Below are positions 36,808 to 49,720 of a stretch of DNA of 64,000 nt, in pieces. Source of the stretch: the human T2T-CHM13v2.0 reference genome, Homo sapiens; NCBI RefSeq assembly GCF_009914755.1, contig NC_060926.1; one strand, written 5' to 3'. Position 1 is the stretch's first letter, and the number at the start of each line of letters is the position of its first letter. The translations under genes were made by a program, and so were the position numbers. Under the pieces are notes generated by a model that was not told where the DNA came from, did not search any database, and worked only from the letters and a program-made list of their open reading frames with translations.

Positions 36808-38086
36808 CAGCCGAGCATCACTTAACAATGGAGATGCATTCTGAGAAATGCTTTGTGAGGCAATTTCATCTGGGCGAACATCATAGCGCATACTTAGAAC
36901 AAACCTAGATGGCACCGCGTACTGCGCACCTAGGCTGTGTGGCAGAGCCCATGCTCCCGGGCTACACACCACAGCGTGTTACTGAATACTGTAGGCGGTC
37001 GTAACACAGTGCCAAGTGTGTGTGTATCTAAACGTAGAAAACCTACAGTAAAAATAGATATAAAAGATAAAAAATGGTATACCTGGGCAGGGCGCTTAGC
37101 GTAGCTGGAATGCGCAGGACTGGCAGTTGCACAATAATAAATTAGTCCTGCAATAAGAAATTAACCTTAGCTTACTGTAACTTTTTTACTTTATACATTT
37201 TTAATTTTTACTTTTTAACTCTTTTTAATAACAGCTTAAAATACAAACACACTGTACGGATGTTCAAAATTGTTTTCTGTCCTTAGTGCTTTTCTCTGTT
37301 TTTAAAATTTTTAATTGTTTTTTACTATTTAACTTTTGTTAAAAACTAAGACACAAACACACACATTGGCTTATGCCTACACAGGGGCAGGATCATCCAT
37401 GTCACCTTCTTCCACTTCCACATCATGTCCCAGTAACACACATGGAGCTGCCACCTCCTGTGACAATGATGCCTTCTTCTGGAAACCTCCTGAAGGACCT
37501 GCCTGAGGCCATTTTATAGTTAACTTTTTTTCATAAGTAGAAGGAGTACACTCTAAAATAATGATGAAGAGTATAGTAAATACGTAAACCAGTAACATCA
37601 CAAATTATCATCAAGTATTATGTACTCTACATAATTGTATGTGCTAGACTTCTATACACAGGGCAGTGCAGTAGGTTTGTATACACCAGCATCACCACAA
37701 ACACAAAAAGAATTATTCTAGCACTTTGGGAGGCCGAGGCCGGCGGATCACTTGAGGCCAGGAGTTCGAGACCAGCCTGGCCAACATGATGAAACCCTGT
37801 CTCTACTAAAAATACAAAAATTAGTCAGACATGGTGGTGGGCACCTGTAATCTCAGCTACTGAAGAGGCTGAGTCAGGAAAATCACTTGAACTTGGAAGG
37901 CAGAGGTTGCAGTGGGCTGAGATTGCGCCACTATACTACAGCTTAGGCAACTGAGCAAGACCCTCTGTCTCAAAAAAAAAAAAAAAAGAAAAAAGAATTC
38001 TGTACGATGGCTATGACCTCAGCTCCACTGTAATCTCATGGGACCACTGTCATGCGCGCGGTCCTTCATCGTGCAGTGCCTAACTG
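36808..38086 (-). mobile_element. Tigger3/MER7-type Tc1-mariner DNA transposon fossil
   Basis: TA|cag...ctg|TA ends, Tigger3-like termini, remnant DVEVEEGDMDDPAPV* on - strand; split by an Alu. Confidence 0.8.
37719..37996 (+). mobile_element. Alu inserted in Tigger3
   Basis: 5'-truncated dimer; TSD aaaaagaatt. Confidence 0.88.
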
Positions 38087-38515
38087 TACTAGGATTAAGA
38101 ATCCACAAACATAATTTGGGTTTGAGATATTTATACGGTGGTAAGTCACCTGAAATATTAATGTATCTTTTTAAATGCTTGCCTAGCACATCCACTCCCA
38201 TAAAAACAAATCAGAAACCCCCAACTAATTATCAAATACTGACTTATAGAATACCTATTCTTGAAATAATGGAGACAACACACAAAAAAGCAGGAAACAG
38301 AAACACACGCACCCAGACACCCATCCAAGAACAACACGAGAATTCATTTCAACCCAGAGCAACCTGACACAGCTGTGCCCTTGGAGAAAAGACCCAGAGT
38401 CGTTACCGGAAGGAGGAGGGCAGGGAAGAGGAACAGGCTGTGATTTCACATTTAAAAGTTGCAATGCTGAGCCCACATGTTCCTAAAGATGGGGATGTAG
38501 TCGGTGGAGGCTGCC

Positions 38516-38628
38516 CCTCCCCGTGTGCACTGCCATATGGTAGAATCCTGGTGCTCTAAGAACGCGGGGTCCTCCCCGTGTGCACTGCCATATGGTAGAA
38601 TCCTGGTGCTCTAAGAACGTGGGGTCCT
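38516..38628. repeat. 55-bp tandem duplication
   Basis: cctccccgtgtgcactgccatatggtagaatcctggtgctctaagaacg(c/t)ggggt twice. Confidence 0.92.
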
Positions 38629-39382
38629 CTGGGTGACAGAGGCCCTGAGGGCCACTAAGAGAAGCAGGAAGCAGCCCATTTAAAGAGGAGTGGGAATGCC
38701 TGTCATTCTCCTCATGCTTCACTTTGTTTTTTCTTCAAAGGATTTAAGACGTTCTTGTTACACTCCACCAACCTCACGAGTTTCTAACACCCAGGAAGAT
38801 GAGGTCTAAAAACTGGATGAAAAAGGACACCCTGAGAAAAGGTCCTAGCTGGAGTCAGTCCCCTCTGTGACCTCTCTCCTCAGGCCTCTAGAGGACAGAT
38901 GGCCAGGCCTGTGCACACACCAGCCCACCCTGAGAGACCCCTCTGGGACCAACCACCTGTGAGTCCTGCGATGCGTTTAAGCAGCCTGTGCCCTCACCCA
39001 AGCTGCAGTTCCTGAAGGTGTAGTCTGTGTCTCTGCGGATGAGATGACAGCTCGCCATTCCCCGGAATCAGTGAGGCTGTCAGTCAGCCACGCTTCTGCA
39101 GTATGCAGAAACCTGTTCTTAGACTCCAAAGCCAGAGAAAGAATTCTCCCTTCGAGGCCCAACAAATTGAGAAGGAACTGTGATGGACCACTTCCAAAAC
39201 AGAGACGGGGGCAGGGGCTGAAGGGCAGAGACCAGGTGATGTCAGAAGGAAAGCCGGGTTGCAGACACAGCCGCCCCTGCTCTGGTCCTCCAGCGTGTTT
39301 ATGACGCTCGTGCAGGTCGACGAGCCATCCTATGGACTAGTTAACACTAAGGTGGAGTTCAGACTTTTTTAGACAACGGCGC

Positions 39383-39580
39383 GACTGGCAGCCTTTCTCT
39401 ATCAAGGGTCAGACGGTAAACGTTTTCAGCTTTGCAGACCAGAGGTCCCTGTGGCTACAGTAGCGCAGACACAGCCACAGGCATGTCATTGAATGGCTGC
39501 GGCTATGTTCCAATAAAAACTTATTTACAATAACAGGTGGTGGCCAAATTGGCCCATGGGCCTTATTTGGTGAACCCTGT
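39383..39580 (-). mobile_element. MER58A-type hAT DNA transposon
   Basis: gttccaataaaaacttatttacaataacaggtggtggccaaattggccc matches MER58 end. Confidence 0.75.
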
Positions 39581-40519
39581 TCTATGAGATCACCTAGGCT
39601 TCAGCCTTAAACAGTGGAAGCCATCCCCTGAATGACAAGTCACAAGGGTATCAAAGAAAGACCCCTGAATTTTCATGGAAAAAGCTATTCAGACCCCTGC
39701 TTGGAAAGCTAAGGCACACTGCCACGAAGCAGCAAGGACGCCTTACAAGTCTCAGTGCAACAGAGATGGACACCTGGGCTGGGCTGGACAATGTTTAAGG
39801 TTCCTTTTAGTCCATGACTCAAGTGATACTGTTTTAGGCTATCAGGTAGTAAACACGATCTTAGACATCCCCATCTTTGTAAGCAGAACAGTACGGCACT
39901 TCACCACATCTGCTTCCCACCATGCTTCTAAGCAGCTGTCTTCCCCCTGCTAATGTTACAACCAAAGCAGCCACCCCACCTCCTCTCGTGTTGAGCCTCA
40001 CGACCGCTGACCCAGCTGGAAAGCCAGCGCCCTGCCGCGTCACCCTGACTCTGCTCAGAGCCAGCATTCCAGCCACAAAGAGGGCCTCCTTCCTTTCCTC
40101 TTTCATAAAAATGTTTTTTGAAGAGTTAGAGTATATTTTAGGCTTTTTATCTTTATTAAAATTTCATGTGCATGTGTCTGTGTATTCTGCAATTTGTCAT
40201 TTTCAGAAAGAAGGAACAGGCAATTCGAGAAGTTTCACCTGTACTCCCGAGCTGTTCCCCAGGCTCCAGACCCACTTGAGAGCAGAAGGTGGAGCTCAAT
40301 GAAGGGTCTCGAGCTCAGCGAAGGGTCACTGGGTGAACTGAGAGAAACCACGTTCACAAACGCGTACTGCGGACTTCCTGCCGCCCTGGGACCTGTCACT
40401 GTTTGTCCATGTAAGCTACAGCATTACTAGCAGATGCTAAGATCGAGTGATATCACTGGAAAAGTAGGTGAATCCTACTAGGAAACTTTCTACTCCCTAC
40501 TAGGACCTCAAGCCCCTCA

Positions 40520-40768
40520 GCCACACAGCAAATGCTAATATGCTCCAGTGTTAGCTTAGAAGCCTTGTGTCAACAAGAACTGGCTCCTGAGTCCCAAGCT
40601 TGGTGCCACACAGCAAATGCTAATATGCTCCAGTGTTAGCTTAGAAGCCTTGTGTCAACAAGAACTGGCTCCTGAGTCCCAAGCTTGGTGCCACACAGCA
40701 AATGCTAATATGCTCCAGTGTTAGCTTAGAAGCCTTGTGTCAACAAGAACTGGCTCCTGAGTCCCAAG
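40520..40768. repeat. 85-bp tandem repeat, ~2.9 identical copies
   Basis: units start at 40521, 40606, 40691. Confidence 0.95.
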
Positions 40769-41757
40769 TGCTGTCACAGGACTTGCCCATTGGGATGTTT
40801 TCCACATTAAATATCAAGTAAAAAGACTTCCTGGTGCTCAGGAATTACAGTTCGTTCTTGAAACATTCCAAAGAGGCCACCACAGCTTTTCCCATGTGGC
40901 TTCTTTTAAAAACTCAAATGGCTTCCTTGAAAATACTCAAAGTCCACCCAAGGAAATTAGTAATAATAGAATCAGAAAACTGTCAGGAGCATAAAGATTT
41001 CTGTATCAAAATGAAAGAAGCAATCCTGAGTTGCTGAATTACCCATCTGCTAATGAAACCGGGATGGACTGATCATCTAACAAAGTGCAGACTGAGGATT
41101 CTACTTAGTCCTCCGACTGGGTACAACAACAGCCTAGGTTCTAGGGAGGGTGGCAGTGACCGGGATGCCACAATGGAAGAGAAAATGAAAACACTGGCAC
41201 AGTGAAATGTCTCATTTCCAAACAGTTTTGCCTATGGCCAAGCAAGGCAATAAAGACAAACTCTCCCTTTTCCCCATTGCGTGTGGGCTGCCAGGTACAA
41301 GTAAGGGAATCTTTGCTGTGCCCACTGTCCTCCAGTAGAGAACCCAACAGGCAAGGGCCCCACTCAGGTATCAGCTCACCTCCTGCACCTCCCCTTAGCA
41401 GGAACTCCTTCCACTGGCAAAGGACTGCCACTGCCATCTGACTCAACTGTGGCGATGAGGACGGAGTCACCGAGCTGCTTTTCTTTTGCAAAACAAAAGT
41501 CTTTTTCTTTGCAGTCACGCTGTAAGACGAGGCTGCTGGAGAAAACAAAAGCACCTAGATTTCAGTGCTGAATCCCCACAATTGCATGCAGCTCACACCT
41601 ACCAGGGGTATTCCAGTGCATAGGGGAAAGGAACCCGGCTGAAAAACCAGCTCCTTATTTTTCTTTTAAATAAAATAATACGATCCTAAGTCCATTTACC
41701 ATCTGAAGTTGTCACGAGTGAACAGTCACATTACTGTTGTGGACCAGGCCTTAGATG

Positions 41758-41865
41758 AGTTTCTCAGGCTCAGCACTGACATTCTGGGCCGGATCATCCT
41801 CTCTTGTGGGACCATCCTGTGCACTGCAGGATGTTTCACAGCACCCCTGGCCTCTACCCACTAGA
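41758..41865 (+). mobile_element. MER20 fragment
   Basis: cactgacattctgggccggatcat...ctgtgcactgcaggatgttt..cagcacccctggcctctacccactaga. Confidence 0.75.
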
Positions 41866-42163
41866 ATCCTACAATCTACCAGATCCTAGGATCTAGTTGA
41901 TCCTAGAATGCTACCAAGGAGACTTGAATTTTGGTCCCATCATCAAAAATGCCTTCTGCATCAATCCTATGCCAGTTTCCCCTAAAAGAGGGCTAACTGG
42001 AATGTTCTAGGATGTACCAATCCTCCAGGACCCTCTTAGAGCTCATGCCATCAGAGACAGGCCTCTACCTCAGGGATCACCCCGGCTGACATCAAATTCC
42101 TCTTCTCTTTTCCCAACATTTCAAATTGTTCTTCGGACTCATTGAGTTCCCTAAGGTGACAAG

Positions 42164-42181
42164 CCCCCCCCCCCCCCCCCC
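42164..42181. repeat. C18 homopolymer
   Basis: direct reading. Confidence 0.9.
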
Positions 42182-42691
42182 ACACCCACCTTGGGGGGTC
42201 ACGGATTGCTCCCTGTGGCCCTGGCTTCAGCCCACCTGCTCCATGACCCTATGCTCTTCTCCTCTGGTTCTCGAAGCTGTCTGTAACCAGGGCAGGGGAG
42301 ATAACTGTATGGGACCATTCCCTGGCCTCCACCTGCCCCAGCACTCTCCAGGCCAGCACAGTCTGGCACTACAGACTACAGGGCCGGAGACACCAGGCTT
42401 GGAAGTGACCACTGGCCAAGAGCTGACATAAAAGCCAACTTCCCCAAACAGGAAGGGCCTGTTCTTCACAAAGATAAAGAAAACTGCCAGCATTTTGCTG
42501 GCCTTAAGAAGCCATGCAAAATTAACCAGTACATCATGAATTAACTTCTTTTACTCTGCTGTGCACTGAATACCATTATGAAGCAATATACTTTTGGATT
42601 AAAAATAAGCATTTTTGTGGAAAATCTGCTACATGTTTTCATAAAATAAAGTGCTATGATGTACTAAAACCTCACATTGCCTTCTCGTAAT

Positions 42692-42697
42692 TTTATT
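42692..42697 (-). terminator. MTERF4: MTERF4 poly(A) signal AATAAA
   Basis: TTTATT on +; ~410 nt past the MTERF4 stop. Confidence 0.7.
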
Positions 42698-43103
42698 TTT
42701 ATCACAAGAAGGAAATACATAGTGATTCCTGAACCGGAAGAATGAACCCCATCTTCCAACTGTCACGGAATTATCACCAACATATTCAAAAGAGAAAAAA
42801 ATAAAACCAATTGTTGATATATTGAGTCCCCTTGATGTGAATAGCTCAACATAAGTATCTTATTCAGGATGGGACAGGGCCCTCCCCACAGACACGTGAC
42901 AACAGATCAAACATGCATTTCCTGTTTCCTGTTTGGTTTGATCTGTCTGCCTCTCAGGTGACTTATAATTTTTTTCATCAAGAGACCAGTTTTAGAATAA
43001 AAAATAACTTGAGAAGATTCAAGTAAAGGACCCAAAAGCTTTAAGAGAATGAAAAGCTTCCTTGATATCTCTGGGCCCTTTCGCTCTAGTCCTTCCATCA
43101 CAG

Positions 43104-43544
43104 CTATTCCTCCTCGTCGTCGTCCTCATCCTCATCATTGTCCTCCGCCTCGTCGTCGTCCTCATCATCGTCATCCTCATCATTGTCATCCTCATCATTG
43201 TCCTCCTCATCATCGTCATCCTCATCCTCATCCAGACTTGCCCTTTTGTCATCAGATGTGCTGCTCTCAGACTCCTCCTCCTCCCGAGCCAGGAGCTTCT
43301 TAAAAACTTGAAACTCCTCAACAGAAGTACAGGCTGTCCTGGCCAAAAACTCAGCTTCTGAAACTCTGAGAATGTCCTTGAGCAATGGGTTAGGGATCTG
43401 TGTCTGCCCCTTCTTATCAGGGGTTTGGTACCGTCCCAGGCGCTCCAGGTAAATGTGTCTCTGCTTAATCTTGGTTAGTGAATACTGCAAGTACTCACTC
43501 TTTACAATGTCTGGATGCTTAATTCCCATCCTGAAGTATGCATA
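43104..43544 (-). CDS. MTERF4: MTERF4 exon 4 (mTERF repeats, Asp/Glu-rich tail, stop TAG)
   Basis: ttccag|TAT GCA TAC TTC; [21 protein letters not shown]...[17 protein letters not shown]...EDDDEEE*; 441 nt. Confidence 0.96.
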   Translation of the reverse strand, partial: YAYFRMGIKHPDIVKSEYLQYSLTKIKQRHIYLERLGRYQTPDKKGQTQIPNPLLKDILRVSEAEFLARTACTSVEEFQVFKKLLAREEEESESSTSDDKRASLDEDEDDDDEEDNDEDDNDEDDDDEDDDEAEDNDEDEDDDEEE

Positions 43545-44242
43545 CTGGAAGACACAAACACACTTAGGAGTCCCAGATACAGAGTATTGAAACCTATCAT
43601 TCTATAAACCATAAAAACTTAAGTTGTACAAAAGGATTCAAAAAGAATTGCCTAATTGACAACAGCGAATACCCAGTCTAGGATACTGACATTTGTGTGA
43701 CAGCCAGCAGTTTCAAAACACTTTCAAATTCATCCTGAGAAACATGGAGCAGGAAATAAAGGGGTGGGAGGGAAAAGGGGCAGGAGGGAGAAGGGGCAGA
43801 AGGAAGAGGTGGTATTTTTCTTTAAATGGGGAAGGAAAAGGATGAATATGGAAAGAATAGGCAAAACATTCAGAAAACATCTAGAAATTCGACCTAAGTT
43901 GTCATAATTATTACCAAAAAATCGGACAACTGTTAAAATTACATTTTCAAAATCAACATGCAAAATAGATTCTAAGGACAGGAAGGTTTCAGCTATTTTA
44001 AAATTAGCTATTTCAGAGTCCCCACTTAGACTCTAAGAATAGGACTGGATCATTCATTATTAATGGCAGAAAAGTTGAAGAATAGGTTTGATCTGTAGTA
44101 AAGAAATTAAAGATTTCTCTTTGGCTGATGTATGCAGAGAATCTAGTCTTTCACTTCCTCCACTCAAATATGAGGTGTCCGAGGCTTCTTATCCATATAA
44201 CTGACCTTCACTACATTTGAAAAACCTGAGAAACTTGCTGTT

Positions 44243-44356
44243 ACTACACTAATCACGGTACCAGTCATTCTCACCTGAAACTACGCTAATCCCATTACCA
44301 GTCATTCTCACCTGAAACTACGCTAATCACGCTATCAGTCATTCTCACCTGAAACT
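44243..44356. repeat. 37-bp tandem repeat (~3 copies) overlapping the MTERF4 exon-3 donor
   Basis: cagtcattctcacctgaaact at 44262, 44299, 44336. Confidence 0.92.
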
Positions 44357-44533
44357 TGTATTCCAGTTGACCCAGGTCCTCTCGAAGAACAGAGGGGCAA
44401 CTGTGCAAAATCTTGGTGACTTGCTGTACCGTGAAAAGGCACTTCTCCTTGAGAAGCCTGACAGTGTCGTTAATGTCCTGCTGGCGCATGGTGAAAATTT
44501 CAGGGCAACAGTAAAGCACCCTCTTTAATTTCC
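44349..44533 (-). CDS. MTERF4: MTERF4 exon 3
   Basis: ctgcag|GG AAA...CAG|gtgaga; 185 nt; [14 protein letters not shown]...LEYKFQ. Confidence 0.95.
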
Positions 44534-46142
44534 CTGCAGAACATTCAAAAAAGGCAAGCATATAATTTCAGGATACTCCAGAAACTCAAGGAGCTAGCTG
44601 CACCCAATTTAAGTCCACATTTAAAAACAAACAAGGATCCTCTCCTTCCACAGAGCAAGTGGCAATTTCAGATCTATCTTCCCAGAAGCACCATGGAAAT
44701 GATACATCTCCCCACTGACTTCCTGACACTCCTCAGACTCACCATCCTTCCCTCCCTATATTCCTGCTTTATTCTGGCCTCCCACCTGAAAGGTGCCAAC
44801 TTTGTATTTTGGGTCTCCTCTTGCCCTCCTCACTTGGAAAAGAATTTCCCAGGCATTTACTGGAAAGATCAGAGAGTAATATGGGAGAGTAGTTTCCTCC
44901 ATATTGCTGGTTTGGGTTGATGTTTCCTTCTATAATAAAATAGTCATTGAAGCATTCACAACTAACATTCTCAAGCTGAACTCAATGAAAAGGAGTTCCA
45001 TCACCATCGTCATCATAACAGTAATAACAATAATAGTAATCATGAGGACACACAACACCAATGCTGACGTCCTGGTTACCAGGGTCACCATATATCTTCT
45101 CCAAGCCAGGGCACCTTGAGTGAAAGAGGCCCTATTAAAACCGCACTAACTGGTGTAAACTGGGACTATTCCAGGCCTTCCTAGGGATAGCTGAGCAAAA
45201 TTCAGTAATGGGAAACTTAAAGTCAACTATTTAAACTGTTAATTAAAATTTTCCTAACATTTGAGTTAGTGATTATCTTAATATGTGAGGAATTTCAGTT
45301 TAGGTTTATCTTCATTTCTTAAGGCTGTGCTGAGTTTGCTAATTAATCACCACCACACATAATATATTTAGACTTTTAGATTACACTGTAAGAATCTGTT
45401 AAGAAAAATATACAAGGCTACCTTTTTCTTATCTTCTAGAGAAGGAGGCCTGTAGAGATGCTGTGAAATGGTGGATCCTAAACCTTCTACCACTGCCTCA
45501 AAAAACATCTTACCAGGAAGAGTCAATAATGCAAAGAAATAATAGTGGAACTCCTCTGGTCAAAGTGGGTAAGGGTCCTTGGAGACCCCCAACTCCTCCA
45601 GAAGGCCCTTAAAGAGATTCAAGGAACTTTGAGCATCCTTGAGATGTGAATATTGTTGGGGGCAGGAGTGGGGGATAAATAGAAGGGAAGGCCACTCCAC
45701 GAGTATCCCAGGAACCTGGCCAGATCTCTCATGTTCCAGAGTAAATCTAAACACTCGACTAGAATCTAAGTCTTTACAAGAGATGTTGGTTTGACATCAC
45801 ATCACAGAGACAGAGCACTAAGACCATTTCATGTTGATTTAAACATCAAATGCTATATGTACACATATTTATCAACATCACATTATCAGCATCAACCCAC
45901 TGAACACATACCATATGCCCACCACTGCACTAGGTGCTGAAGATCCCACGGTGAACAAGGCAGACAAGAGTCTCTGCCCTGGCACTCAATTTTTTCTTCT
46001 AGTCTTAACTCCTCCTCCTTCCCTCTCAAAATGTATTCTGCACAGAAAGCCACTCCTATTCCTCACCTCCAAGCCAAATTATACAGTCCTCTCCAGGAAC
46101 ACTGACATACTCAGAAACCTCCCCTAATCCATCTCACCTTAG

Positions 46143-47000
<858 letters not shown>

Positions 47001-47389
47001 CTGTAAGACACAGGACCAAAAGACAATTAATTCCTCACTATTCCAGTGTAATGGACACCATAAGACTTCTGAGCCAGAGTACTTACTGCCTTGGTTCCAC
47101 ACAAACATACAATTTTTATAAGCAATCTGCAAAATCCTATCTGAACTTAAGCCTACAGAGAAGGAAGCTCACAAAGAACAGGGTATTTCAAGGCCACAGA
47201 GATGGGAGTCAAGCAGGTACAATATTGTTAGCTTTTGCAGCTTTAAGGATGGGAGCAGGGACATGGAGGAAGAGGGAAAAACTATTTCTAGGCCACCTGG
47301 TCATGTGTGCCAGAAAAGTCTGGACCTCAGACTACTTTCCAGATTCATGTTCTTAAATTCATTCCACGAGAAGAATCTTGTGGGATACA

Positions 47390-47999
47390 GAGTTGGCCCT
47401 TGAACAACAAGGGTTTGAACTGCTTGGATCCACTTATATGTGGATTTTCTTCCGCCTCTGCCACCCTTGAGACACCAAGACCAAACTCTCCTTCACCTCC
47501 TCTTCAGCCTAAAGACCTTATGAGGATCTACTTCCTCTTAATGAATAGTAAATACATTTTCTCTTAGGATTTTCTTTTTGTTTTTTGAGACGGGGGTCTC
47601 ACTCTGTTGCCCAGGCTGGAGTGCAGTGGTGCAATCATGGCTCACTGCAGCCTTGACTTCCCCAGGCTGAGGTAATCCTCCCACCTCAGCCTTCTGAGTA
47701 GCTGGGACTACAGGTGCACACTACACCCTGCTAATTTTTGTATTTTTTGTAGAGACGGGGTTTTGCCCTTATGATTTTCTGAATAACGTTTTCTTTTCTC
47801 TAGCTTACTTTAAGAATACAGAATGCAATATATATATATACAAGATATGTGTTAACTGTTTATGTTGTCGGTAAGGCTTCCAGTCATGAGTAGGCTATTA
47901 GTAGTTGAGTTTTGGAGGAGTCAAACGTTATACACTGATTTTCAACTGGTGTGGGGGCGGTCTGGTGCCCCTAACCCCTGTGTTGTTCAAGGGTCACAG
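47390..47999 (+). mobile_element. Tigger2a/MER28-type DNA transposon, split by an Alu
   Basis: inverted termini gttggcccttgaacaac / gttgttcaagggtca. Confidence 0.8.
47570..47767 (-). mobile_element. Partial Alu in Tigger2
   Basis: TSD ctta(g/t)gattttct. Confidence 0.85.
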
Positions 48000-48103
48000 T
48001 AATTAGTCAACTTGCATACACAATTCCAGTTGACCTCAAAAGTCTTCAGTGGTTCAGGCTGGTGCTTAACAAACTATGCACAAATCATCCAGGCACTCTA
48101 AGC

Positions 48104-48600
48104 CAGCAGTCTTCAACGTTTTTGGCACCAGGGACTGGCTTCATGGAAGACAATTTTTCCACAGACTGGTGAGGGGTTTCAGGATGATTCAAGCATATTA
48201 CATTTGTTGTGCACTTTATTTCTGTTATTTTCACGTTGTAATATAAGATGAAATAATTATACAACTCACCATAATGTAGAATCACTGGGAGCCCTGAGCT
48301 TGTTTTCCTACAACCAGGAGGTGCCATCTGGGGTTGATGGGAAACAGTGACAGATCATCGGGCATCAGATTCTCATAAGGAGCGCAACCTGGACCCCTCA
48401 AAGGCGCAGTTCACAATAGGGTTCGCGCTCCAGTGAGAATCTAAGGCGGCTGGTCTGACAGGAGGCGGAGCTCAGGCGGTAATGCCAGCGAAGGGAGCGG
48501 CTGTAAATACAGTCTGGCTGGCTCACTTGCCGCTCACCTCCTGCTGTGCAGCCTGGTTCCTAATAGGCAAGGGACGGTACCGGGGGTTGGGGAACCCCTG
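48104..48600 (+). mobile_element. MER1A-type hAT (Charlie) element
   Basis: tttttggcaccagggactgg...ggttggggaacccctg; 8-bp TSD ctctaagc/ctctaaaa. Confidence 0.82.
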
Positions 48601-48876
48601 CTCTAAAACCTTCACATCGGTCCCAACCCCTTCTCCAGCGTCATCGATTGTCGCCCTGGGGCCACCCTGCCAAGCCCAAGCTCTGGCTGCTCTCCAGCCT
48701 CCCCTGTCCAGATGCTCCCTCCGCCAGGAACACCTGGCAGTCGCTGGGGTCAGCGGGCGCGGCCCGTGGAACTGGGCTCAAGCCTAAAGACCTCTATGCT
48801 GATTCCGCTTCCTCTTAATGAAAAGTACATGTTATCTTCCTTGTGAAGTTCAAACTCTTGTTCAACAGTCAACTCA

Positions 48877-49720
<844 letters not shown>

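Larger units (their letters stand above)
38741..42670 (+). other. SNED1: SNED1 non-coding terminal exon (3'UTR), several candidate poly(A) sites
   Basis: strong acceptor tttgttttttcttcaaag|G; AATAAA 39512, 41669, 42645; ATTAAA 40155; 3' end inferred. Confidence 0.7.

Noticed and set aside
37377-37601. 74-aa ORF with hydrophobic N-terminus
   Set aside because: Lies within the Tigger3 fossil
42164-42181. C18 run as a functional element
   Set aside because: Homopolymer of uncertain true length; no supporting context
43019-43361. His/Pro-rich, Ile/Val/Leu-rich and Met/Arg/Thr-rich ORFs
   Set aside because: Alternative frames and antisense of the MTERF4 acidic-tail codons
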